Shown: one piece after another, positions 8,889 to 18,775 of the stretch
How positions within the stretch are numbered: the stretch's first letter is position 1
How the letters are laid out: the number at the start of each line of letters is the position of its first letter
DNA from: Octopus sinensis
Lineage: Eukaryota
Direction of reading: 5' to 3'
Assembly: GCF_006345805.1 (NCBI RefSeq)
Contig: NW_021836023.1
Location: 1-25,650 of the forward strand
Length of the DNA: 25,650 bases
Made by a program: the position numbers and the translations under genes
The notes under the pieces: generated by a model
Told to the model about the DNA's origin: nothing
Database searches by the model: none
The model's input: the letters and a program-made list of their open reading frames with translations, nothing else

Positions 8889-9080
8889 ATATCTCCCTTG
8901 CTCTCTCTCTCTCTATCTATCTATTTATCTCCATCTTTGTCCCAGCTACTGTCCTTCTCTCTCTCTCTCTTTCTCTCTCTCTCTATCTCTCTCTCTTTTT
9001 TGAGGCGTATCTTGTGCTTTGAGGGAGATTTGTCGGCTATTTCTAGCAAGTTGAGAACTAATACAGAGAGCTTCCCTCTC
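8641..9080 (+). repeat. Unclassified interspersed repeat with internal (CT)n block
   Basis: 5' and 3' modules resemble 7825-8021 (GAGGGAGATTTGTCGGCTATTTCTAGC...GAGCTTCCC). (CT)n-rich insert at 8826-9000. Confidence 0.5.
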
Positions 9081-9704
9081 ATTGACTCTGCTAACAATTG
9101 CTATTAAGAGATCGGCTGATGGAGAGTCGGTGATTCTGAATTACTGCTGCAAAATGGTCTGTTGCTTTTCAAGAAACCGGATGTTGTGTTCAGCAGTCTT
9201 CTTAAACTTCTTTCCGTCTTTCCCTTGATTTTTCCTCTCTATTTTCTCTCCCACTCACTCTTAAACCTTCCATTTTTTATCCCCTCCTGTCATCCCTCTC
9301 TTTCTCTCTCTCTGTCTGTCTCTCTCTCTCTGTCCTCTCTTCTCTCTCTCTCTCTCTCTCTTTCTATTAGTCGGCTGCGTCACTCCTTCAGTAAGCTAAC
9401 ACTATTCCATCAAGATCAATATCTGTTGTTGCTAACATCGTGTATTCCCTCCTTCAAAATTTCTGGCCGTATGCCAAAGTTAGAAATCAATATTATGGCA
9501 GAAACAAACCTCTCCTTTTACTCTACAAGGCCTTAAACTACAGTAAAAAGGTATCAGCAGATAGTATATTGCCATGAACGTGGCATTAGTGAACAAAAAG
9601 ACCCTGTCTTTAAACCACGTGATTTTGCTAACAATAGCGATTTCTTTTGTCTGGGCACAAATCAGTTTTTATATACGAAAAGATATAATCAATTAAATCG
9701 GTTC

Positions 9705-9790
9705 TAAATCTTTTACTGGTATTGATTTCGTGAACGCCAACGGGGTGAGCAGTAAAGTGAACAGAGGCTGTATTTGGCCCTAAACATTCA
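9705..9790 (-). mobile_element. Highly degenerate SINE family A fragment
   Basis: ACTGGTATTGATTTCGTGAACGCCAACGGGGTGAGCAGTAAAGTGAAC aligns loosely to the antisense family A core ACTGGTACTTAATTTATCGACCCCGAAAGGATGAAAGGCAAAGTCGAC. Confidence 0.45.
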
Positions 9791-10373
9791 AATAAAAATA
9801 CTGCTGGATATTATAAGTTATTTGACTTGATGTTTTTATTCTGTTTTTGTTAACTCCCCATTCTGATAATATTAGTCATTCAGCTAATGTTGTCTTTTCC
9901 TCGTCGCATATCTTTAATTTTTTATGTTCATCATATTTAATATATAAAGGCAGGATGTGTGTGTGTACGTGAATGTAATTTATGCACGTCCACATGTCGC
10001 TCCAATTTTAGGAGGACATTCGTCATGATCCTAGCTGTATTTTTGTCAACTTATTTTTCCCAGGGGCTCCAGCGAATAGCAGTAAAAATAAATTTTCAAC
10101 AAGAACTTTTAACACTTTTCAAGTCAAAGAAATCACCATTGTTTGGAAACAGGAGTTAAGTCCCCTTCTAGCGACGAGTAGGTTTTGGTTAAGACTTGTT
10201 GTTTTTTACCATCGAGGAAAAAAGTGTTTTGTTGATATACGGGCAACACACTCACACACACACGCACACACACATACACACACACAAACACACGTGCGCG
10301 CGCGAACATGTACACGTACAAAAACATGTATGCAATAGGCGTACATACGTACGTATGTGTATGTGTGAGTTGC

Positions 10374-10374
<1 letters not shown>

Positions 10375-10410
<36 letters not shown>

Positions 10411-10526
10411 AATTTCAATGGATTTTGCCCAAATTTGACGTCGATGTTAGTTTAGTTTGAAATAAAGAACTTGATCAGCTTAATAATCCTAACTTAATCC
10501 CGGGCAAATCTGGGTTATACTGCTAG
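10375..10526 (+). mobile_element. Short non-autonomous Helitron-like element (3' terminus visible)
   Basis: GC hairpin CCCGG-GCAAAT-CTGGG (10499-10514), then CTAG at 10523-10526 followed by T, the canonical Helitron 3' signature. The 5' boundary is uncertain, in or near the (TA)n. Confidence 0.55.
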
Positions 10527-11517
10527 TATTTAATATGTCAATACTAGATTTATTGTTTTGAAGAGAATGGCATGCCTTAGTAAAGAGCCACAGTGATTTA
10601 TTTTCCAAATACACTAATTTTTCTCGCGTCTGTTCGGGAGCAGTATTTTACATCTGCTTAGTGCTTCTCTCGCCACTACACCAGCGAGTATGATGTAGTG
10701 TAAGCTTTGCTGTTGAGATCTAACAAGGGTAAAACATGACCTAAGTTGTCTCTTATTTGTCGAAAGGATTAAAATATATTACTCATTAAGCTTTCCCCCG
10801 CGCAATTATTTCTAATTAGATTTTTAATATTAATTGTATTATGTTAAATCAAAATTAACTAAAGTGGCAACTCTAGATTTTGAAGTTGAATGGTTTACTT
10901 TTTTGAGATATGATAATATTTTAATTAATTGACAATTGTAAATGTGAGGCCATTTAATAAGAGTTTCTAACGTAGAGTATATACAAGACACTGTTGTGAA
11001 TCAATCTGTAAAAGGGATGTCAAGCCAGCCATTCCTCTCGGAGACTAAAGATAACGCCTTAGGCAAGTGCTAACTACCTTCGTAGCTGTCCATGCCAGGG
11101 TTTCGGTGAAGTTAAAAAATCTGTGGAACAGGTGAAAAAGTATCATATACTGCTTACAGTTGTGATAGCGGATGGTGGCTGCATCATTTTGATGCCGTCA
11201 ATCTGTTTGCTCGCTTTATCATTAGCTTGTTATAATCAAACTGTACCCAATTTCGCCGCTATCGGATGGTCACTATACCTGAATGTCACTATACCGGCTA
11301 CGGCTGCAGTCTCAACATATCGCTCCTTGCATCCTTCAGTGTAAATTTTCCTGTAATCAAGGTAACTGGATTAGAATTTCTTTCGACAGCTGGAAGACCA
11401 TCATAGTAACCCGTATTGCTCCATTGACCTCGATTTAAAGAACTTCACTCTTATTTAGCTTAATGACCATAGAAAGTTAAAAAACAAAGTCTACCCCAAA
11501 ATCCTGTTGGGGTAGAC

Positions 11518-11736
11518 CAGTGGTTTTCAACCAGGGTTCCGCGGAACCTCAGGGTTCCGCCAGTACAGTGCAGGGGTTCCGCAAGAAGTTACAAAACTGC
11601 TAAAATCGGCAGTAATTTTTAAGTCTCCTGTACAGATATGTGTGCATAAGACTATTAAATTATTGCACAGGGGTTCCTCGAGCCAGTGGAATGTTTCCTT
11701 GGGGTTCCGCTCCAGCAAAAAGTTTGAAAAGCACTG
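11518..11736. mobile_element. hAT-superfamily MITE (219 bp)
   Basis: TIRs CAGTGGTTTTCAACC / CAGTGCTTTTCAAAC (13/15). Perfect 8-bp TSD GGGTAGAC (11510-11517 and 11737-11744) with central TA. Five internal GGGTTCC motifs. Confidence 0.93.
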
Positions 11737-11802
11737 GGGTAGACTAATGCAATAAGACATTTTCTCCAATCCACCTTGCTTTAACAACATACAATGGTTT
11801 GA

Positions 11803-11946
11803 GATTGGCAGAAACGTTAGATTGTCAGGCAAAATGCCTTTCAGTTTTTGTTCCTATGCTTTATACTCTGAGTTCTAATCTCACGAAGATCATCTTTGCG
11901 TTTTATCCTACCAGAGTCGATAAAATAAAGAGCCCTTCAAGTACCA
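11803..11946 (+). mobile_element. Degenerate SINE family A-like copy
   Basis: TGGCAGAAACGTTAG...AAAATGC...CTGAGTTCTAATC...CTTTGCGTTTTATCC...GTCGATAAAAT...AAGTACCA is collinear with family A. Confidence 0.65.
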
Positions 11947-12229
11947 CCAATCTATGCAAACATGCAACGGCCTAGTGTGGTAGTCTTTAATCCAAATCAG
12001 CGCCGAGGGTCGAGGCTTCGACGACAGAAAGTGACAAGAGTTGTTTCAGAGTTGTGTGTTGCAGAATAATGTATGACATTGTAATGTGGTAGAGATTAAG
12101 GAACCGTTGGAGGCGTTGCCTTAGGAAAAAGATAACCGAGCCGGAACGAATGTCGAAAGAACGAATCCTGTCTGACTTTTCAGCAATTCCTCCAGTCCAC
12201 ATCCTGAGACTTTACTTACTTGTGGCGAC

Positions 12230-12590
12230 ATTCACCCTGGGCGGGTTGAGTCGGCTTCTTCCTTGGAAGAAGTTTCGTGGAAATATGTGGTCCCCAACAA
12301 TCCCGCATGTAGAGACATCCTGTTTACCGCAGATTTTCCGCAGACGCAGGGACAGAACGACCGAGGAGCCGCCGGTTACCAAAACAGACACTCCAAGGAT
12401 TTTCACCAGAGCCCCGTCTGCCGGGTTGTGGCCCTAATACCACTCGGTGTCAGACCAATCCGCCTTGGGTGGCCCTACCAGGAACCGAAGTTCCCGACAG
12501 CATAGCTCTAACACTACCCGTTGCCAGGGTCCCCACCTCGGTGAGGAGGGGATGGACTTCGGGGACGCAAACGTCCTGAGACAGTGTTAG
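12230..12590 (-). mobile_element. Putative 5' UTR region of an RTE-clade LINE (orphan)
   Basis: GC-rich island. Minus-strand GAGCTATGCTGTCGGGA...CCTGGTAGGGCCACCCAAGGC resembles RTE/Expander-type 5' UTR motifs as I recall them. No recognisable endonuclease or RT ORF follows. Boundaries approximate. Confidence 0.45.
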
Positions 12591-12950
12591 ATGTATCAAA
12601 TCAGAGAAAAAAATTAATCTCTTCTCTTTCAAACGGTATCTGGACAAATGTCTTCAAGGAATGCCACATAAGCCGCCACCTACACCTGGGTAGATCTCAG
12701 TCAACAAATCCCTACTTGAAGGGACAATGCTACCATTAAACATGACTTTAAAATTAATTGGCAGATTTTATCAGGTGCTGCTGTTTAAGTTCGACATAGC
12801 TTTGGGCCAATTTTTGGCCGAGACATAACTAAGTTTATCTAAGTTTATATCTCAGATGAAAGTTATATACAGACGTGTGTGTGTGTGTGTGTGTGTGTAC
12901 ATATGTATGTATTCCGTTGCTGTCCATTACCTTCTCCCTTTCACTGTTAC

Positions 12951-12996
12951 TCTCTCTCTCTCTCTGTCTCTCTGTTTTGTTTGTCCCAGCTACTGT

Positions 12997-13034
<38 letters not shown>

Positions 13035-13113
13035 ATCTCTCAATCTCTATCTCTTTATATCTCCCTTGCTCTCTCTCTCTCTCTCTGTCTTTATATCTCC
13101 CTTGCTCTCTCTC

Positions 13114-13162
<49 letters not shown>

Positions 13163-13720
13163 TTATCTATATCTATCTTTGTATCTCACTCTTGCTCTCT
13201 CTCTCTCTCTCTCTCTCTTTATATCTCCCTTGCGCTCTCTATCTCTCTCTATCTATTTATCTCCATCTTTGTCCCAGTTACTGTCCTTCTCTCTCTCTCT
13301 CTCTTTCTCTCCCCCTCTCTCTCTCTCTTTATATCTCCCTTGCTCTCTCTCTCTCTATCTATTTATCTATATCTCTCTTTGTATCTCTCTCTTGCTCTCT
13401 ATCTCTCTCTCTCTCTCTCACTCGCTCACTCCCTCTCTCTGTAGTAGTACCACTTTTCGTTCACTTCACTTTGTCAGCCTCTGTTCTTTCTGTCACATCT
13501 CTTTACCTCTACTCTTCCATCAACACTCCTTGTCTCCCTTCACTCACTTTCTATTACCTTCTATCAGTCACTTTTCAACATTACTGCTTTTGTCCTCCTT
13601 CTCTCGTCTTCTTCTTCTTCTTCTTCTTCTTCTTCTTCTTCTTCTTCTTCTTCTTCTTCTTCTTCCTCCTCCCCCTCCCCCTCCCCCTCCCCCTCTCCTC
13701 CTCCCTCCTATTTTCTTTTT
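12951..13720. repeat. About 770-bp polypyrimidine compound array: (CT)n, (CTAT)n, (CTT)n, (CCCCCT)n with recurrent non-simple motifs
   Basis: Visible. TTTATATCTCCCTTG and TTTGTCCCAG(C/T)TACTGTCC recur within it. Confidence 0.95.
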
Positions 13721-14232
13721 CCATCAATAAGCCCATTTTTCGCTTCACTATGGCGGCAACCAAACGTCCTCATTGTATCACTTCTACTTTTTAAAACCGT
13801 AATGTTGATAACTTGCTTTGATGGATTATTTGCACAAGTATCTTATATTTATCCCCTTGTTCCATTCTAAATTTATCGTTACATTATAAAGCTCTATATA
13901 CAAATTTCATGCTCCGATCCGTAACCTTTATTTTCTTTGCCCAACGTGTCTTAATTTTATCGTTTCAGCTAAAAAGTCTAGTATTTCGCTTTGCAGTTTT
14001 CCCTTTGACAAACTCGTATAGTCAAATTTCTCCCTATCTTTGCTCGATTTCCCTTCATATTAGACTGTACACTTGCAGTTTAGATATGTGGGTGAACCAC
14101 ATGAATAAACATGTGTATCAAAATTGTTATAGCATCCAGTTGACAACTGACGAAGGGTTCAGAATTGTGCACACCCGTTTTTATTGTCTTCTTTTTCTCT
14201 GTATATTGTTTGTTGTCCGTCTCTACTACATA

Positions 14233-14242
14233 AGTGTGTGTA

Positions 14243-14318
<76 letters not shown>

Positions 14319-14332
14319 TGTGTGTGTGTGTA
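14233..14332. repeat. (TG)n microsatellite
   Basis: Visible tandem repeat. Confidence 0.95.
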
Positions 14333-14354
14333 CAGATATGTATGTGTAAATACA

Positions 14355-14740
14355 AACCGAAGATTGACGAAGTTCATTTTCAGTACTTGATGCTTTGGGA
14401 ACCAGGCAAAATTTGCTGCAGCTCGGCTGGGATGTGTTACCCCACCCTCCATATTCACCAGATATTGCTCCTTCGGATTTCCACTTATTCAGGTCTCTGC
14501 AGAATAGTCTTGATGGTAAAAATTTCAATTCCTTGGATGATGTAAAAAGATACCTTGATGAATTCTTTGCCATGAAACCACTTCAATTCTGGGAAGGGGG
14601 TATTTTGAAGTTAAAGGAAAGATGGAGACGCATTTTGCAACCAAATGGTTCACACTTGGTTGATTAAAAATGTAATGGCAAGTATTTATTGACCTTTTTC
14701 TTTCCTTTAAAAATCAGCACGAACTTTCCGGACAACCCAA
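14355..14740 (+). mobile_element. Mariner transposon relic (cecropia/Hsmar1-like), C-terminus plus 3' TIR
   Basis: ORF 14395-14667 reads TRQNLLQLGWDVLPHPPYSPDIAPSDFHLFRSLQNSLDGKNF...WEGGILKLKERW, containing the mariner YSPDLAPSD motif. 3' TIR ...AAAATCAGCACGAACTTTCCGGACAACCCAA is followed by TA. The upstream DEVHFQYLMLWE resembles a mariner N-terminus, implying an internal deletion. Confidence 0.92.
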
Positions 14741-14742
14741 TA

Positions 14743-15207
14743 GTTACTAACCGTTTTTTGTGACGCAAAAGAGCCTTTACTGGAACCTTACCTGGAAAAG
14801 AGGTTTACAGCCGCCAGTCTAGGCTACAGTGAAATACTGGCCAATAAACTGAAACCAGCAATTTGCACCAAACGCCGAGGTCTGTCGTCAAATCGTTGAA
14901 ACCATTGAAATATTGGGTTTCGAGTTAATGGAATACTCTGCATACAGTCCAGTGCTTGACCCTTACGACATCTTTTGACCGCTCAAACATCCTTTGCGAG
15001 GTCATCGATTTGCTGCGGACGAAGAAGTGCAGGAAGCGATGCATAAACGGCTGTGCAACCAGCCGTAGAACTTCTTTCCCGATGCAATAAGCATGGCTGT
15101 AGACCGCTGGAAGAAGTGCACCGAAAAACGTAATTGTTCATCCCTTGTTTTTTGTTTTTTTATAAATTACAGAAACAAGAGTGGGAATAATTCTTGATTC
15201 AGCCTCG
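14743..15207 (+). mobile_element. Second mariner relic (irritans/Hsmar2-like), 3' part plus TIR
   Basis: Reads LLTVFCDAKEPLLEPYLEK...YSEILANKLKPAICTKRRGLSS, then after a frameshift/deletion IVETIEILGFELMEYSAYSPVLDPYD.IF*PLKHPLRGHRFAADEEVQEAMHKRLCNQP*NFFPDAISMAVDRWKKCTEK. Ends ...TTGATTCAGCCTCG followed by TA. Confidence 0.88.
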
Positions 15208-15242
<35 letters not shown>

Positions 15243-15246
<4 letters not shown>

Positions 15247-15512
15247 TGTGACTGTGACCGACCAGGCTATCAGATGTTGCTACACATCGCTGGTCACAAT
15301 TCGCTTCGCCTTAAGTGAGTAGGCCAACAGAAGAAAGAGTGAGAGAAAGTTGTGGCGAAAGAGTACAGCAGGGATCACCACCCCGCTGCCGGTGCCTCGT
15401 GGAGCTTTTAGGCGTTTTCGCTCAATAAACACTCACAACGCCTGGTCTGGGAATCAAAACCGCGATCCTACGACCGTGAGTTCGCTGCCCTAACCACTGG
15501 GCCATTGCGCCT

Positions 15513-15516
<4 letters not shown>
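15243..15516 (-). mobile_element. SINE family C head and core with an alternative 3' tail
   Basis: Reverse complement GTGGAGGCGCAATGGCCCAGTGGTTAGGGCAGC (A box TGGCCCAGTGG) is collinear with 5206 for about 190 bp, then carries a different tail ending in GGTCACAGTCACAGTGA. Confidence 0.9.
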
Positions 15517-15563
<47 letters not shown>

Positions 15564-15660
15564 CATACACACATATATATATATATATGTACATACATAC
15601 ATACATATATACAAACATACATGCATACATACATATATACAAACATACATACATCATTAT
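15517..15660. repeat. (CA)n/(TA)n/(CATA)n compound microsatellite
   Basis: Visible tandem repeats. Confidence 0.9.
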
Positions 15661-15677
15661 ATACCTACATTCAAATA

Positions 15678-16085
15678 CGTGGCTGTGCGGTAAGAAGCTT
15701 GCTTCTCAACCACATGGTTCAAGGTTCAGGTCCACTGCGTGGCATCTCGGGCAAGTCTCTTCTGCTATATCCCCGGGCCGACCAAAGCCTTGTGAGTGTA
15801 TTTGATAGACGGAAACTAAAAGAAGCACGTCGTATATATGTGTATATCTGTGTGCGGGTCTTTGTGTTTGTGTTTATTCCCACCACCACTACATCACCGG
15901 TTCACAACCGGTGTTGGTGTGTTTACGTCCCCGTAAGTTAGCGGTTCGGCAAAAGAGCCCGATAGAATAAGTACTGGGCTTACAAAGAATAAGTCCTAGG
16001 GTCGATATCTTCGACTAAAAACCTTTAGGGCAGTGCTCCAGCATGGCTGCAGACAAATGACTGAAACAAGGCAACGAATAAAAGA
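15678..16085 (+). mobile_element. SINE family B, full length
   Basis: Collinear with 7143-7605; short internal TA/TG repeat. Confidence 0.9.
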
Positions 16086-17100
16086 CTACATACATACATA
16101 CACACACATATATACATACATATATACATACATACTTACATACATACATACATACACACATATATATATATATACATACATATACATATATATATATATA
16201 TATAGTATATACAGAGATAATTACATGCACACATAGGAGTATTGTGAAGGGTGTCTCTACATAGATATACACATCCCATTAATAATGTATGTGCGTGTGC
16301 GCGCACGTATGTGTGTGTGCATGCATGTATGTATATAGAGAGGGAGAGAGGGAGAGAAAGAGAGAGAGCAATGGTGGTGTGGAAGGGAGAGCTGGCGAGT
16401 GTTTATACATGAAGAAGAAACATCTCGAGTCACAGTAATGAATTATTCAACATACTGCACGGTCTGTTAGATATCCGCTACTAGAAATGCTGTACAATTA
16501 TTTACCGAATTATCCAGCAAACATACATTAAAATTATTGATTATATATACATATACACACGCACATACACACACACACACACACACATAGACACACAGAC
16601 ACGCGCATACACACATACACACACACTCATTAATTCATATATAAGTAGTATCTATTTCTTACACACCAATATGTAAGGCAGAGTGTATATCTCGAAGTGT
16701 GAATATTTTCAGTGTATCAGTGTAAATGTATAATATAGTTGTATGTGTGTGTGTATGTTGTGTGTGTGTGTGTGTGTGCGTATGTGTGTGTGTGTGTGTG
16801 TGTGTGTGTATGCATGTATGTATGTATATGTATGTGGCGGGTTGAGGTATGTATGTTTGTAAGTAACTGCAATAAAGCAATTTATAAGGCATTTATCAGT
16901 AAAATAGAAAAAAGACTTAACAGGGTATTATTATACAGCCGGGATCAAAATCATTACAATAATAGATATATAACTTCAGCAATACTATCTCTCTCCCTCT
17001 CCCCCCCTCTCTCTCACACACACACACGCACGCACACACATACACACACACACAAACACAGACACAGACACACACATGCACAAATATATATATATATATA

Positions 17101-17195
17101 GGCTTAGGAGTGGCTGTGTGGTAAGTACTTTGCTTCCCAACCACATGGTTCCGGGTTCAGTCCTACTGCACGGCACCTTGGGCAAGTATCTTCTA
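17101..17195 (+). mobile_element. SINE family B, 5' fragment
   Basis: GGAGTGGCTGTGTGGTAAG...GGTTCCGGGTTCAGTCC...GCACCTTGGGCAAGTATCTTCTA, then truncated. Confidence 0.85.
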
Positions 17196-17204
17196 TCTTA
17201 TTTA

Positions 17205-17749
17205 ATCCAAAGTTGACCACGGAACACTAGAATTCAGATCGGGAAACCGGAAGAAATACCTATTTCTTTACTACCCAAAGGTCTAAACATAGAGGGGACA
17301 ATCAAGGACAGACAAACAGGTTAAGTCGATTATATCGACCCCAGTGCGTAACTGGTACTTAAATTTATCGCCCCCGAAAGGATGAAAGGCAAAGTCGACC
17401 TCGGCAGAATTTGAACTCAGAACGTAGCAGCAGACAAAATACCTATTTCTTTATTACCCACAGGAGGTTAAACATGAGGGGACAAACATGGACAGACATA
17501 GGTATTAATCATTACATTGAGCCCAGTGCGTAACTGGTACTTAATTTATCGACCCCGAAAGGATGAAAGGCAAAGTCGACCTCGGCGGAATTTGAACTCA
17601 GAACGTAGCGGCAGACGAAATACTGCCGAGCATTTCGACCGGCTTACTGCCAGCTCGCCGCCTTACCGGAAGAAATACCGCTCAGCATTTTGTCCGGTAG
17701 GGTTACGGTTCTATGTGCTCGCCGCCTTCTGCTAACGATTTTGCCAGCT
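17205..17749 (-). mobile_element. Nested SINE family A cluster: a full copy (17444-17664) plus a 5'-truncated copy (17261-17443), inserted into an older copy (17205-17260 and 17665-17728), plus a head fragment (17729-17749)
   Basis: 15-bp TSD ACCGGAAGAAATACC at 17246-17260 and 17665-17679. Both internal junctions read AAGAAATA|GGTATTT on the minus strand. Confidence 0.88.
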
Positions 17750-18224
17750 GTAAATCATACCAAAAACCGATGCATGTATCTGACAGTCCTTGCGTGATTG
17801 GTTACACAAAACATATGCAAAGAAGATGCAAGAAATATGGTCGAAGAAGAAATGTGTTGAAATAGCAGAAGGAATTAAGACTGGGTAGAAAGAAAGATTG
17901 TTTGACAATAGTTTGAGAATTGTTTAAGCATGGATTAACAATCGGAGAACGGAGTAGAGAAAAATTACTTCAGAATAGTTTAACAATCTATTTAACAATT
18001 CCTTGGGAATTATTCCTGAATAGATCGACAGGCGGTTACGGTTTGTATTACTACTGACAGGTCTTGCAATGAAAACGACAAAAGTTGCCGTCGCAGACAT
18101 TACAGAAATAGCAAAATTAGGAAATCATGTGAAAAAATTTGAAATACATGAATGTCGAACTATATCAGAAAATGAATAGTTCAATATAATAGAAATTAAC
18201 AGTGGATATGAAATATAGTGATTA

Positions 18225-18310
18225 CATATTCTGTTGTGTCTGGGGAGAGTCATTTTCTTTTTGTGCCTTCACAGAAAGAAAATTACTCTCCCCAGACACA
18301 ACAGAATATG
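18225..18310. repeat. Near-perfect 86-nt palindrome, probably the TIR pair of a fully internally deleted MITE
   Basis: 18225-18260 vs 18275-18310 pair at 35/36. The stem continues through T.G and TGTG/CACA to a 4-nt CCTT loop. Confidence 0.9.
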
Positions 18311-18623
18311 CTTCAATACACGAACTCATATGAAGAATCTTGCAAACCAAAACCGAAAACGAAATAAGGATTACATATTTTTTTGTGCTGTTGTAATCTT
18401 AACACAAATAAAGATAAAAGCCTGGATTACAAGCACGTAAAGTCCTGTGTTTCCACATATGGAGGTATATGCGAGAAATCTATATGGGGTGAGGCACATG
18501 GGCTTCAAACATGTCACATGTGACAGAATAAACTGGTTGTATATGCTGATTGATTTGAATTGGATTCAGATCGGAGTACAGGCTTGGAGGATTCAGGTTT
18601 TCAATGTTAAAACACACACACAA

Positions 18624-18665
<42 letters not shown>

Positions 18666-18683
18666 TGACAGACAGACAGACAT

Positions 18684-18774
<91 letters not shown>
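18624..18774. repeat. (GACA)n/(GATA)n microsatellite
   Basis: Visible tandem repeats. Confidence 0.95.

Positions 18775-18775
<1 letters not shown>

Noticed and set aside
13581-13763. Poly-Lys/Arg-Gly ORF resembling a protamine-like basic protein
   Set aside because: It is the antisense translation of (CTT)n and (CCCCCT)n repeats.
14140-14190. CTGACGA hammerhead core box
   Set aside because: No GAAA follows the possible stem II, so the catalytic core cannot be completed.
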